A stretch of 63,674 bases of DNA, counting the filler, from Pelomyxa schiedti (lineage: Eukaryota > Protista > Evosea): NCBI GenBank assembly GCA_020536535.1. It is 13 parts of 13 records of this genome, joined end to end, with 100 filler letters (N's around TTAATTAATTAA, not from the genome) between each part and the next. Parts side by side here need not be neighbours in the genome. Positions count along the whole stretch, not along the records: positions 1 to 13,454 come from JAHLWZ010001193.1; 12 more parts are not named here. The stretch is one strand, 5' to 3'. Positions 1 through 13,454 of the stretch are shown in pieces. Each line of letters starts with the position of its first letter. Position 1 is the stretch's first letter. The position numbers and the translations under genes are program-made. Under the pieces are notes generated by a model. The model was not told where the DNA came from. It made no database searches and saw only the letters and a program-made list of their open reading frames with translations.

Positions 1-469
1 GCGGCAGGCGGTTTTGATCACATGCACACTTGTCCGAGAATCCATTTGAACATCGCAGCCTTTTAACCCAATCGCACAACCGCTCTGCGAGATTTTACAC
101 ACTCCCTTTTTACCCCCTTACCACAACAACGACCAAACAAACAAGAGAACACTCTTTATTCTCTTCACTCTCACTCGTTTTCTTCCTCTGTGGGACTTAT
201 TCTCAAGCCCACAGAAGCTAACATTTGGGAATCTTCCAAATTGTGAGATTGAATACTCTGTAATTCTGTGGTACAATTGAGGTCTCGAGCCTTTGTTAGA
301 CAGCCTCACTGAAGTTAAGAAGCTAGACATCAAACTGTTAGTCAATTTTTGGGAGGTCATAGAGATAAAATTGATGACTTGTGACAAAAAAAGTAACTGT
401 TTGTTGTGGGTAATTAATTGTGGATTGTGGAATTGATTTTTTTTTTTTCTGGCCACAGAAGAAAAAAAT

Positions 470-1540
470 TGTTGCTGGTGGAACTGAGTGAGCATTTGTC
501 TTTTTGGAGGACCTCTCCAAATTTTCATTGTGTTCATATCAGCTTCCACATCCCTCACAGGAAGAGAAACTGATTCTGACAAATCACAAAGCTCAGTGTT
601 CACTTCAACATCAGCCTCAATCCCAGCCCTAGTCCCAACCTCAGCCCCAGCCTCAACCTCAACCTCAACCCCAGCCTCAATCCCACTCCTCGCCGCAATG
701 AACTGAATAGTATGGTCCACCAATCAGCTGTACAATTCCCGGCAACTCAGTCCTCTGGCCACTTGTCAGGCACAACAGCTCAGTCCTCCCAAACACAATT
801 GCAAACACCCTTCCTTTCCAGCACATCAGCGAATCATGGGGTTAATAGAGCTCCTTCCAGCAATAACAGGGACAGGCAAGTGGCTCCCAACTAACCTGTT
901 CTGAGCCAGAGTTGCAACCAAATCAATGACCATCACATCATTCCCTGGGAAGGCATTTGCATGTTCCTCACCCCAGACACCCTTCCACTCTCAATTCCAT
1001 CAAAGTTCCACATTGAGATCATTGCACTACCACCCAAGCCCCCACCAATAACAGAGCAGACAGCCCACCTCCTGTTCATGCAAAATGTACCCCAGACATT
1101 CATACCATCAGTGAGCCACACAGGCACCACTTCTCCAGCTGTATCAATCACCCCAAGGACGCCAACAGAACCCCCACCCTTCATAACTGCCAATGCGAAC
1201 CTGCTGCCGCAGCAGCACAAGTGGTTGTAGCCACGGGGGTACAAAGGCCCGACCCACCCACAGAACCTTTTGCTCGCGAGAATGTAGTCACCACGAGTGT
1301 CAATGCGGAGTGGCGTCGGCGGGCTGACGAGGCCGAGTGTGGGTGACACACTGAACTTGATGTAGCGGGGTACTCTTTATTGTCCAGTGTTTCCACCACA
1401 GGTTGGCGTGCTGGGAACACGACCCACTCGCGGCCGATGTGCGACAAGAGCGAGGACGTGAGGGCGGCCACGTGGCTGCGCCCCCCGCCGCACCGTCCCA
1501 CAATCGCACCCGCTCCGAGCGCTACAAACTGGGAAGTGTG
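470..1540 (-). pseudogene. Frameshifted member of a lineage-expanded protein family (N-terminal QFVAL...RCG motif plus beta-rich body)
   Basis: Reads TSQFVALGAGAIVGRCGGGRSHVAALTSSLLSHIGREWVV...KEYP, shifts frame in a C-run near 1367 into RYIKFSVSPTLG...CMNRRWAVC...MWNFDGIESG, then shifts again (DVMVIDLVATL / MCWKGRVFAIVF...LIGGPYYSVH). A paralogous fragment lies at 9392-9750. Confidence 0.6.
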
Positions 1541-2051
1541 CAGTGTTGTTGAACCAACAAAGGTGTGTTACAGACATCCATGTACCACTGAAAGAATATT
1601 TTTTGGGAATGAGCTGGTCGTCAATGACCCTTGTGCCAAAGAGGCACTCCACGACACCGAGGTAACTGACGCTGTCTGGCATTGCCTTATTCACAATGTC
1701 CATCAGAGGTTCAAACTGTGCCACAAGTATTTTATGATGTGGACTTTTTCCTCCCTGTAGCGATCCAGAGCGAACAATAGAGAGAAAAGAGTGTGATTTT
1801 ACGTGTACGGTTATCACTTTGGTCTTTTCGCTGAGATTGTTGATGATGCTGAGCCCCACAGGCACTACACAGAGCCTTAGCGGCGCGTGCAACGACCCGA
1901 AGGTGTGTATCCCACGTGCGTGTGGACGGTCCCATAACGCGTTCCCACACAGGGGGGGCGAGCACTTCAGGGGAGCATAGTGATCGGCGCTGGCCCCGCG
2001 ATGTGGTGCAGCCAGGCGGCCCACAGCCAGCCCCAGCCCCTCGTCGACGCC

Positions 2052-5000
2052 ATGGCCAAGCTACGTGCCTACGTCTCCTCACGGCAGCAACAGCACGTGC
2101 CGGGCAACAATAATGCATCCGCAACCCCAAGCGGCGGCGGTGGTGGATGTTTGTTGGCGCTACAACCAGGGGTGAGCGCCCCGGGAATTATGGGTATGAT
2201 GGGTGGCGGCAGTGGATTGACACCGAATTCTTCGCCAAAGATGCAACCTATTAGTAGCAGTGGTGGGGAGTGGGACCATAATAGTGATTCGGGAGGAGAA
2301 CACCGCGACGAGCTGGAATTCGGTCTACATGTAGGTATTATTACTATTACTATTATTATAATTGGTGGCAGTGATAGTGATCATAATGTAATGGGTTGTG
2401 AGATAATGATGTTTGGGTGTGTGATTGATGAAAACATTGTTGGCTTGGACTCTTTTTTGTAACTTACAGTGCATAGACAATCAGTTGGATCAGATACCAG
2501 AAGATTTCTTTCACAGTGAATTCACGTGCATGGATCCCGCTATATTGGCAATGATCGATTTAGGTCCTGATCTTTGCTCTGATATTCAACTTGGGAAACT
2601 ATCTCACTGGCTTGATATTGTAGAGGTACGGAAAGCACACCGGGAATTTATGTTTGACAACTCTTCTCTTCTAAGATAGAATTAATTGAAGAAGTGTCCC
2701 AAAGAAAATGGGAATTTTTCGATGCGCTCAGCAATCTGGAAAAGCTACGAGCAGATGTAAACTCATTATGTGGAAAAATGTCTTCCATGCAGTAAGCATC
2801 CACCTGAAATTAAGACTTGAAGTCACCAATGTACCAGGGAGTTGATACAAAGTTGTGATGAAAACCTTGTTGTCTCTGGAATGAAAGTTCCCCAACTCTG
2901 GTGGAGACGTTGGGCACTTCAATCCATTCACAAAAAGGTAGCTACGCACTCCATTTTACAGCTTCTTGTCTTAACTACTACAGCTAAAGTTGATGCGGGA
3001 TGTCCAACATACCTCCCTCACCGTTCAAGCACTTGTAAACACCGGTTTAGACAGTTTCCTCTTTTCATTTTCCCTAATTGTGAGTGCAGGTGACTATATG
3101 GGAGCAATCAATCTCATCGCAAATTCAAAAAATCTATTCGAGACTTCTCTTCATGGAGTGCAGGCCTTGAAGTATGAAACATAATACCTCTTACTCCCTT
3201 TTCCGTCCTAAACCAACAACAGAGATATGGGAATGAAGTTGCAACAAATGATCAGCAGCATTGACACTCAAATGCAACATGAATTTGTACGCAATGCGTT
3301 GCCTGCTCTTAAACCGGCAAATACTTCACCTCCACCACTGGATTATTCCCTGATGCCTCTTGTTGTTGGGTTGCTTAGACTACAAAAGCTACAAGTGGAA
3401 TTACCATAACATATCTTTCGCACCTGACATCACCACTCCCAGGTGGCATTGAATTCATATCAGGAACAGTTCACAACAATTTTGGAGAGCACAATCACCT
3501 CGGATGCTGTGTCCAATCAGAAAATAGGTGTGGCGAGCATACTTCATTATAATAATAAACCCTAAATGCGCCACCACAGTGCCAAATACCCCTGAGGAAC
3601 TTGCGTGTGTAATTTGCGCAATTTACTTTTTTCCCTTATGGCAAGCAGAACGCTATTATGCAACTGCAGCCACGAAGATTTTATGAACATTCTACGAAAT
3701 CGTATACTCCCACATGTGCTGGCGTTGCTCTCCAAGTATTGAATGGCCATTTCCACACCGTCACTTTAATTTTTATTTATAGTGTTCAAGCAGTGACTGG
3801 GGTTGTACTCTCAGCATTGAATAGCGGATCAAGTACCCCAACTAGCGTGGATCCTTGGTACTACTAACTATCTCCACTGCTCAGCTTCTGAAATTTTTTT
3901 CTAAGGCAACCTGTCGTTGTGAATTCTGGTAACCAGCAAGGAGGGGTGATTGTCTCGCTTTCATATCAACAGCAAATAACCTCCTCATGTCGGAACATTG
4001 TATCAATGTCATGTGACAATGCACACACACTGTGCGGAAAAATATTTGAAGCTAGGTTCCATTCCATATTTTCCTTCTTTTTTCCAATCAGTAAATAACA
4101 CTGCAAAAAGGAAAGAAGCACATAGTCGGCTTCCTTGCCCTCAATTTGCTAGCTTCTACAAAACTACAACACAGTTCGCCTCACAAATTGAGCACTTGAC
4201 TGGTGTCACATGTGCTCCTCTCACTTCAGCAGTACTCGCTCAATGCAAGTACTTCCTGGAGGTAAGTTTTCAAAATCTACATTCACAACTAAGAGTCTAC
4301 ACAAAACAGGTCTTTCACAATAAGGAAGTCAATAAAGTAATGTCTTCCCTGCAAAATGAAAGTTGGTCTGCAGCCATCGTATCTGACTCATTTCAGCAAT
4401 ATGTTGATGCAATAGTGTCTTACAATCTCGAACTAGGTCGTTACTTCCATTTCTGTTCTCGATTTGGTTAACCAAATACTTCAGGAAATAAACCCTCCGG
4501 CAATAATTCCCAACCTGCTCTCAGAGTTGGGACAAAGCAATTTAAAGTTACAAGCAGTGTTCTCGTGTTGTGCAAGTCCCTGTATGACTACTTGTGTTTG
4601 CCAAGCCACATCCCCCCTCTTGCTGTTGACATTGTTCCTAAAATAGTGCAAATTCTGCAGGTACTAATCTTATAATACACCTTCTTACTCATTTTTTTTC
4701 TCAGTCTTTCAACTCCCGAACCCATAAATTAATGTTGGGTGCCGAGGTAACACAGCTTCTCAAGATTAAAAGCATCAACGCAAAACTTCTTGGTACATTG
4801 GCCTCCTTTGATAAAATCTTGGCTTACATTTTACTAGCACTGACTTCCCAGACAGTATCTGCACTTAATGAACTTGTTCCGTACCTGAGAAGTGCACTCC
4901 AAAAGCAGCTTTCGGTATCTCCCGCCAATTGAATCCTATTGACCTTAAAAATAAGGCATCACAGTCGGCACTTATCGTTCTATTGGATAGTGTGTCTTCC

Positions 5001-5616
5001 GATCTGGCATCCCACAACGACCAACTCTTGAATAAATTTGTGGCTATACTAAAGGTTTGTATTCTTTTACCGTATCCAAAAACTAATTCTACATTTCCGT
5101 TGTTCAGGAGCGGGCCCAGGCACATTTTGGGGAACCAAAAAGTTTGTCTTCATGGTACTCACAAGAAAGTTCAAGTGCCGTGCGTTAATTCCTTTTCCGT
5201 TTCATCTCTTGCTTCGCCTTACTCCAATACAGATAGGAACATCGCCTGCAATGTCCCAGTTGTGTAAGGAGATATCATCTCTGCACAGAATTTTATCTGG
5301 CTTACTTCCTCCGGACACACTTGCTGTTGTTTTTTTTCCAAATTTGTGCACTTTTTTTTAACCTCCCGAAGATCATATTTACCAGGACTTCGGCAATGCT
5401 TAATGCTGATTTGGTGGAGTACTTAACAAAGCTGGAGACAATTCCCAATTGCACAGTCTCATACCAGAAGTATTTCATTCTTTTCCCAACTGGTCGGTAT
5501 CTCATCTTCTACGCAGAATATCTCAAGATGTAGAGGCTCTGATCGCCGTTGTGAAAGCAATACCCAATGTTACAATTGATGACACTCTCACAGCTTGGGT
5601 TGTTTCCCACTTGTAA
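2052..5616 (+). CDS. VPS54: Vacuolar protein sorting 54 (GARP complex subunit), multi-exon
   Basis: Spliced exons give QIPEDFFHSEF...QLGKLSHWLDIVE/IELIEEVSQRKWEFFDALSNL, matching the Vps54 KLSHYLDIVE...FF.A motif. C-terminal SPAMSQLCKEISSLHRILSGLLP. ATG 2052, TAA 5614-5616, many short GT-AG introns. Confidence 0.85.
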
Positions 5617-5661
5617 GGATTACGCGATAAAGATAATTTCTATTCTCAACAGCAAATATAC

Positions 5662-7161
5662 TTAGTCACTGAGTTTTTGTTTCAAATACTCTGTTTCTTC
5701 CGGTAAACCATTACGTTCAGCAATATCCAGGGCCGATCTTATATCTTCTGGTGTATTCAGCCCCACTTGCTCCACAAGCCATTTGAGAATTCCAAGCTTG
5801 CGGCCAGATACTGAACATAGTAAGCAGAACCGGCCCATTATTCTGGCATCATAAGCACAGAACTGACACTGCTCATAAACCCACTGTGCCAATGGCAGGT
5901 CACCCGATAGACAAGCCATTCTGAGTATGTAGTTATGTCGCTTGGCAAAGTCATCCCTTGTGCATGAGAATTCTGTTATCAGCCATAGTACCATGCCTTT
6001 GGCGTCAATTGGGTTCTTGATTGCAGTTTGTAGGATTTCCCAGTCCTTGACCTTTTGTGCAGAGACAAACATCCTCATGCTTCTGCACACTTGTTGTGCT
6101 TCGGCAACTGTTGAGTTAGTACACATATATTGCATCAGTTCACGGCAGGCAGTGTCCGGGCTTGGTGCAAAGCAATGCACAACACACCAACTAACAACCT
6201 CTGGGTCTCCATTGAGTCCAGCTTGACGAATCATCTGTAGGAAGATTAGTTTCTTTGTTATGTAGTTGTAATTGGGTATTAGCGCCAGTGGGTAATCCCG
6301 GAAGTTATTATATTATATGTTGGTACCTCAGTCGTGCAACAGTGGCTAACTTCGGAAGGGTATTCCTGCGCGAGTAACTGGAGTCTAACGAGGGCGGACC
6401 TTGTGAGTCCTATGAGTTGAGTGACCCTCATGGCTATCAGGGCCCTAGGAACCCACACCGGTATCTTGTTTAGTGTGGGGTTGGCTTTGTTCCACTCGGC
6501 CGTGAGCCTCAGCCCACAGTGGGGTGCCCTTCTCTTCACCATGGCCTGTATCATTCCGCTGTATTCCCTAGCAACCAGCTTCGAAATCGCCAAAGGATTG
6601 ACACCAGTACCAGTCCCACTAGCAGTAGCAGAATATGCCCCTGAGCCACTGATACCCACAACAAGTTAGTTACAGCAAAAAGACCTTACACGAAGTAGAG
6701 GATACTACGCAACTCAGTAATTCAAAGCTTCGAATCTAAGTTTATATATAGATATATATTAGCCGATGCTGTGAATATAATGTTGTATACATATGTTCCT
6801 ACCGTTTTGTTGCGTTGGCGGGGGGTGAGGGGGGGGACGAGGGAGCACAGCGGGAGAGCGGAGCGGGAGGGAGGGAGGGGTACCCAGGGGGGGACAGCGA
6901 GAGCAGCCACAGGTGCACCGCCCTGTTCACGCACCGGGGGCACAGCAGCAGGGACGCCTCGCCCATCGCCACGCACGTGTCCACGTCGGGCAGCCACACC
7001 ACCACGTGCGTGAACAGCGTCCAGCACGTCGATATCTCCTCCCTCTGCTCCCCCGTCCACGCCGCCGCCGCCGCCCGCGGGGTGCTGCCCCCCGTCCCGC
7101 CTCCAGTCCGCGCCGAGGCGGTGGCCTGCTGCTGCCCCTCGTCGCCTCCCGATCTTCTCAT
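5662..7161 (-). CDS. F-box-like / ankyrin-repeat-like protein, about 3 exons
   Basis: N-terminal exon WTLFTHVVVWLPDVDTCVAMGEASLLL (F-box-like). C-terminal ankyrin-like repeats IRQAGLNGDPEVVSW, LRMACLSGDLPLAQWV, LLCSVSGRKLGILKWLVE, ALDIAERNGLPEETEYL. Confidence 0.65.
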
Positions 7162-7197
7162 TCGTTTCGTTCTGGGAACAGAAAAAGAAGAGGATTG

Positions 7198-8022
7198 ATG
7201 TCTGGAGACGGGAAGGTCGTCGACGTGAGCGGTCGGCTGGGGGAGTTGCTGCTCAAGGGCTGGACAATGTGCGTTGTCTATGTACTATCTCTTTGTGGGT
7301 TTTTTTTTCCATTTAACGGTGGATGACACACAAGGCTTGCGGAGACGTGCCCTGTGTGTGTTGACGCGGGGGTACCGTTGATGAGGGAACGAAGGACAAT
7401 GAAGGTATGCTCTTCGCGAAGTGCGGATTAAATACTGCGACGTGCACATACTACTGCTGCCATCGCGACAACTACTTACTACTACGAAACTGAAAAGATG
7501 TTGTGCGTGAAGTGCGGTACGCATTTTCAACCACAGCGGGCCCAGCAGCAACAGCCAGCCACTCCCCAGCCTGAGAACAACTATTCTTCTACTACATCTC
7601 CAAGCGAAGCCCCTACCAACAATGAAACCCCAAAGTCAGCATCCTCCACATCTCTTGTGGAGCTCCCCCATGTATTGGAATCACCACCGCTATCACCAAT
7701 ACAAACACAACAACAGCAACAAGATATAAGGGAGACACCCGTGGTGCCGGAAACAACTCGCACTAAAGGTGTTCCCTTGTCACTCCCAACTAGGCCTCCT
7801 CCTCTTTCATCACCCAAACGGCAAGAACAAAATGAGGACATTGGAAACCTCCACAGGGTTCTTTCCAAAGACCTCCACCAGGCTTCTGAAATACTTTCCT
7901 GCACACCATTCCCATCCCCTGGTATTGAGAATGCCTCTGAGGTGCTGGAGTATAGGACAAAAGTGTGTGAATTCATAACTGCCTGCAGCAATGCCCTTTC
8001 AGCCATTGCCAAGTTACCTTGA
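7198..8022 (+). CDS. ZNRD2: SSSCA1/ZNRD2 (Sjogren/scleroderma autoantigen 1, p27) family zinc-ribbon protein
   Basis: Spliced product MSGDGKVVDVSGRLGELLLKGWTMLAETCPVCVDAGVPLMRERRTMKMLCVKC carries the family signature (LLxGxxML..CPxC..PL....CVxC). Two GT-AG introns and a helical C-terminus. Confidence 0.85.
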
Positions 8023-8271
8023 AAGGGCAAAACAAATTTGAAGGAATTTTTTGAGCCCATTATTGTAGAGAGGTAGAGGTTTGTTGGGAGAAATTACCAC
8101 AAATTTGAAGGAATCCCTGGAGGCACCACAGTTCTTGACGACCACCAGTCCGCCGCATGCTCAGATCGGAAATGGACCGGCACCACAAAGAGTGTCGTAG
8201 GACTGGCCCTACGGTAGACTGAGAAATCTTACGGAAATGTGGACATTTTTTTGTGAGGCCCATCAATCAAA

Positions 8272-9372
8272 ATGGTTGTTTTGCACCTGGTGTCGCCACG
8301 CAAGAACTCGACGCAGCCGTCGTCTCCTTCTCCGCCGCCGACGGCCGCGATGGAGCTCCTCGTGGAGTCCACGTGCGCGTGCCCCGTGGCCGACGCGTCG
8401 CGGCTCCTGGCCCGCGTCCACAACCTCGCGGCGACCCTGGCCTCGCTCTCCGCGGCCATCCTCCCGCCCTCTGCCTCCTCCTCCTCCCCCGCGACGCCGA
8501 TGCCCCCCCACGTTTTCGAGATGCTGCGCCGCGTGGCGTCTGACGGAGCGGCCGTCGTCTCCGTGGAGAGGGTAGCGCGTCGTAGTGCCGTCTGCGAGGA
8601 CGAGCTCATGGGTGCCCTGTCCAATGCCGTCTCGTCGGTGGCTGTGTTGAACTCTGCGATGCAGATGACATCCAACACTAGTGCCAGTACTAGTAGTGGT
8701 GTGGAACATTGTGGTGGAGCTACTACTTCGGAAACCAGTGCTTCATGTTCTGGAGGAGGGCAGTCTGATGTTCTACAAGTGATGAATTCTCTGGCTAATA
8801 CAGCTAGGCACCTGATGGGCATGTGCACCAACTGTAGCCCTGCCGACACTTCCATTACACGGCTGCTGGCAAATGGTGCGGCGGGAAAGAGCGTGCTTGC
8901 CAACTGCGGCGCCACCTGCGGCATACCGGATTATGGGCTGCTCGACCCAGCCAACGTGTCGATGTGGTGGGCCGGAAAGGAGCTCGTCCACGGCAACACA
9001 CTGTCACAGCACATAGGCAAGAACGAGAAGACCAAGATACTGGTGCAGCTTCGTCCTGGGCCAACAACAGCTTCACACACGGCCAACAGCGGCGAAGCAA
9101 GCCAGGCTGTGCTGAATCTCCCAAGGCCCACGCACGTGGCCTCACCACACACTCACACGCAGGAGTATGCACAGCAGCAGCACGACATGATGGAGTATCT
9201 ACACCGCAGGCAGGAGGAAGAGAGGCGCATGACGATGGAGCAGAACGGCGAAGGGGGAGGAGCACTGGGCACCGGGGATAGCACCACAAGCTACCTCAAC
9301 TCACAGTGGGCTGATCCACAGGCACTAAGGAAACAGATGGAAGGCCTCACTGAAATAAGGTGGAAGCCATGA
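8272..9372 (+). CDS. CFAP298: Cilia- and flagella-associated protein 298 (C21orf59/Kurly) homolog, intronless
   Basis: MVVLH...ARVHN at the N-terminus; MWWAGKEL...LSQHIGKNEKTKILVQL; MMEYLHRRQEEE; YLNSQWADPQALRKQMEGLTEIRWKP at the C-terminus. All closely follow CFAP298 motifs. Confidence 0.92.
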   Translation: MVVLHLVSPRKNSTQPSSPSPPPTAAMELLVESTCACPVADASRLLARVHNLAATLASLSAAILPPSASSSSPATPMPPHVFEMLRRVASDGAAVVSVERVARRSAVCEDELMGALSNAVSSVAVLNSAMQMTSNTSASTSSGVEHCGGATTSETSASCSGGGQSDVLQVMNSLANTARHLMGMCTNCSPADTSITRLLANGAAGKSVLANCGATCGIPDYGLLDPANVSMWWAGKELVHGNTLSQHIGKNEKTKILVQLRPGPTTASHTANSGEASQAVLNLPRPTHVASPHTHTQEYAQQQHDMMEYLHRRQEEERRMTMEQNGEGGGALGTGDSTTSYLNSQWADPQALRKQMEGLTEIRWKP

Positions 9373-9391
9373 AGAAGGAAGTTTTTTTTTT

Positions 9392-9750
9392 TTACGAACA
9401 TGCGTTGGATCGGCTCAGTGTGCAATCAGGAAACATTAGTAACCTCGGAAGCCTTGAACTGCATTTTGAAGTCATGACACCACCACCCCTCCGCAATACA
9501 GCCAGTGAATCCTCACCACAAAATGCCACTCTCACAAGCTGCCACGGAAGGGTCATACTCTGGCTGATGGTTACCTTTCCATCCCCAATACCATCAAAGT
9601 TCCACATCTTCATCTGCCTCCCTCAAATATAACTGAGGATCACGGCCCACCTCCTGTTGGCCAATACTCGCAGTCCCCACACATCCTCACTCAGAAAGTG
9701 CAATTGCGTTGGTGACGTGTCGACTATGGTGAGGCGCGGGCGTGGGTGGT
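9392..9750 (-). pseudogene. Fragment of the same expanded family as 470-1540
   Basis: MKMWNFDGIGDGKV matches MWNFDGIESGRV near 1000; shared nucleotides ccatcaaagttccacat; truncated with stops. Confidence 0.5.
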
Positions 9751-9890
9751 AGATGGGCAAAACGCTGTACGTTTTTTTTTCGTGGAAAATAAGGGAATTT
9801 CCTTATTGTTTGGGTACACGCGGTACATGAATGACATTGGTAAAGAAAAGGGGAGTAATTCTTGCTACTTTATTTATATTTGAACACGCA

Positions 9891-12188
9891 CTAGGATTGT
9901 TTTGCACCTTCAAGTGATTTGTAGAGTTCCATTATCTTGCCTACTGTTTGTTTGACTCCATCCAGGGGGACAGGCCGGCTGATGTCCGTTGTGAATACCT
10001 TCCTCCAAAACATTGGGTGTCTGCATTGCTCCACTGATGAGAAAACGGTGAGGACCTTGCCATCGTGGGTGCTGCAAAAGCCGTCGTTGAGGTTGTTGTG
10101 GCTCCTAATTACCATGCTGAGCTGGTTTGCCTCAAGGAAAGCTTCTGTGATATCAGGTCCCCAGGTTAGAAAACCCTTACGAAGAGCCGAGGGCTGTATC
10201 CCAGTTTCGTTGGAAGGCTCACCCCAGAGCAAGTGCCTCAGAAGTGGTGTTGCAGCTGTGATTGATTGGTGAGTCATGAACAAAGGGGAACAGGATACAA
10301 ACTAGTGCCAAAGGTATATCCATACGCCGCAATCAAGCACCTGAGATGATTGAGGTTCCCCATACCCATATTTGAGGACTCGTGATTTCCGCGGTTCAGG
10401 AAAACACTCTGCGGGTTTTTCACGAGAAGCTGGCACAAAGTGGCCAAAACTTCAATTCCAAAGGCACCCCGGTCCACAAAGTCACCTATGCAAATTTTAA
10501 AATGATTGAAATAGAACCCACAAGCAATACCATTGAAAATCCATAGATTTGAATCGGAAGGCTCCTTTCCAACAGTAATGGCCCTGAAAAAAAAGGGAAG
10601 TTAGAGGAATCAAAGAAAAGGCACGAGAAACTTAACTGCTTGAGGCAGTCCCAGCTTCCATGCAAGTCCCCCACAATATTGATGGAAGACACCCTTCTTG
10701 TAACTGCAACTTCGGTAAGTAATGATCTTGTCTGGAGGAGCTTGGTGGCCTCTGTGATCCAGTACTTGTGGCTCAAGAAAAGGTTTTCTATGATTTCCTC
10801 GTTTCTGGGCTGTGAAAAAAGCAGGCTCCAGTTCCCCAGAAGGTCACTCTCAACTGTAATTTTGTGCAATAAATAATCAAATTCGAAGAGGAAAGAGGAA
10901 AAAGGCACACATGGGGAGTCAATTGGAACGTGGGTAACCTTCTTCTTTTTGAGAGCTAATAAAGTGAGTAAGAAAATTCCGAGGATTGAGAAGTGTGCGT
11001 ACCTGCTGTTTGCATTAAATCCGAAACAGACAGTGGAGATTCTTGTGGCCTCTTTTTTCCTGCAACTGAAAAAAGCAGATTACACCCAGAGATATATTTC
11101 AGGTACTATACGTTTGTCATCTGCGTGATCACAATCAGTGGTATGAGGCCCTGATTCTGCTTTGTCTGGAGGTAGACAGCCAGTCGGTGGCACTGCACTT
11201 GTTTGGGGGCTCACTGCTGATGATGGTTCTAGACAATTTACTCGTTATCCATGGAAAATGAGGAAAATTGATTACCGTTTGTGGCATTCATTTCAGGATA
11301 GAAGGAAATTGTGGACCAAGAAGTTACAGGTGAGGCAGGCATGAGGTATATTGTCTTCTTGGTGTCACCAAACCACTGCGTGACAGGTGGGGGGTTTGTG
11401 TCTGGGCTCACAAAGTGCACATACCAGTGGTCATTCAATTTCTTGTAGTCCCTCCTGGGAAGACAATTCAGAAAGTACTACTACGAAACCACGAAAAAGG
11501 GAACATACAACAGGAGGTTCAATAGGCGCCAATGCTCAGCAATCTTCTTCCCGTTGGCACGAATTGGTACACCAAAAAGTCTGTAAGTGTTGGGCAGAGT
11601 TGCAAATACCATTGCAGTGGGACTTGGAATTCCCCCCTTCTCGTAGAATTCCGGAGCAGGTTCAACCAGCCGAATCGGGTGTTTGCCATTGAACAACAAG
11701 GTCCTGGTTGACGTCTCGGCCTTGGCTGCGTCTGACTCTTCCTGTGTATGGAATGTAACGTATGTTTGCACGTTGGATCTGCCGACCGTCGCTACTCGCG
11801 TTCTGTTGTTGTTGTTATTGATTAGAGAAGACGAAAAAACCATAAAAGAAACGTTAGGTGCACGTGATTTTTGATGCCAACTGCCAACCGCCACAACGGC
11901 GGCAGAGGGTACGCCCTCGTTGTCATTGGCATTGTCTTTTTGTTGTTTTTGGTAGCTGTTGTTGTTGTGCGCAAACAAAACACGGTTCGGAGGGCCCGTG
12001 GCCGCGGCGATTGTGGGAGGAGCTGTGACAACGTACACGCGAGGTGCGAGGAAGTCGAAGATTTCCTTTGGGGTCGTGGCTTTTGGGAAGCCGAGAGCCC
12101 TGAGGGTAGCGGGTGGCAGGGGAACGGCCACAGGGATCGCCCTGGTCACGGCCACGGCCGGCGGCAGTGACGGTGGCACGTCCGACAT
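9891..12188 (-). CDS. PPP-family Ser/Thr protein phosphatase (PP5/PP7-like) with extended N-terminus, multi-exon
   Basis: Metallophosphatase motifs VGDLHG, GDFVDRG, LNRGNHE, LLWGEP...RKGFLTWGPDITEAFL, VIRSH and KVLTVFS. The N-terminal exon has an RRM-like stretch (YVTFHTQEESDAA...LFNGKHPIRL). Confidence 0.8.
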
Positions 12189-12683
12189 GTTGAATTTGAC
12201 TTGTCCCCTAGTATCCGCGCGCGATTTCGCGACCCGATGCAGGGAGAAGTTGTTTGGAATACAATCATGAAACACGAGGCCTGGATTGCCACACACAAAA
12301 AACCGTGGGAGACTTCTCTTGCAGAAAGGAGCACTGGTCTCTGTGGTGAAGGAGCCACATTACTTCTCAGAGTACCCATTATCCAAGTTTGACCGAAAAT
12401 CCTCATCTGGAATGATTGAGGGCCCTCCAAAAACGTTAACGTCTCCGAAGCCGCAGTGCTATTTTTGAATGCAATTGCCCGGCGTCTCTTCTCCTTTCCA
12501 TCCTGCCAAACATAAATCATAAAAATTAAAAAAACACATAACAACACACACCCGGAGGTGCGACACTGGTGGACAACCTACTACAAATACGAAACGAACA
12601 ACCACGGTTCTTCCTCCTTTGCTTTGGTTTTTGTTTTTTTTTTTTTTGTTAGTTTCATCCATCTCCCTTAACATAGTGCTTCA

Positions 12684-13454
12684 ACTCCGACTCCAACTCC
12701 AACTCCAACTACACTACGTACACACATCGTCATCAATCATCCCCTTTGCACTGCATCGTGCCGGAGAACGCGGCCTTAATAGCGGCGGCACACCACAAAC
12801 ACTTGCCCCTTCCTTCCACCACCCCATCAACAACAAACAACTCTCAGCCAGCCAGCAAGCCACAAGTTCAACGCCAACAACAACAACCCCCCCCAACAAG
12901 CAAGCAACCAACAAGACCCGCGGCTGCTGCACGAGAGTGGCATTACACAAGGCCTGTGAAATTTCCCACTTTTCATCCTCACTGTATCACAGTCTCTTCA
13001 GTGCAAAGTGTGGACTTGAGAGTAGTACTTGCGAAATAGATGGAGGAGAGAGTTTGTGATGGCTGGTAACTTTTGTTTACTGGTTCAGTTAATGATAGGC
13101 TCGCACGGCAAGGGGCGTGCGGTTGCGGATGCTGGAAAAAAGCAGGTGGTTCGGCACCCACCGTTTCACGTACGTGGTTTTTTATTTGATTTGATGGTTG
13201 CCCATCAATTTCAGAGTGAAACCCCTGCCTCGATGTAAACATTACAAGCTAAAAGCAACGCCTCGGTCATACAGTTAAAACAATTAAAGTGGAGATGGAC
13301 GTTGATGGCAATAATAAGGCAAGATCTTGGGTGTGCCACTTGTGGAATTAATGCTGGAAATCAGATCGTAAGTTATGAATACGTTGATGGGAAGTCCTTC
13401 CCGCGGTGCTGCATAGTTTGTAAGAATCCACCCATTATTCCTCTTGTGCACTCA
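12684..13454. repeat. About 770-bp segment repeated (inverted) at 57559-58360
   Basis: Near-identical reverse complement; both contigs terminate at the identical base (…cttgtgcactca). Confidence 0.9.
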
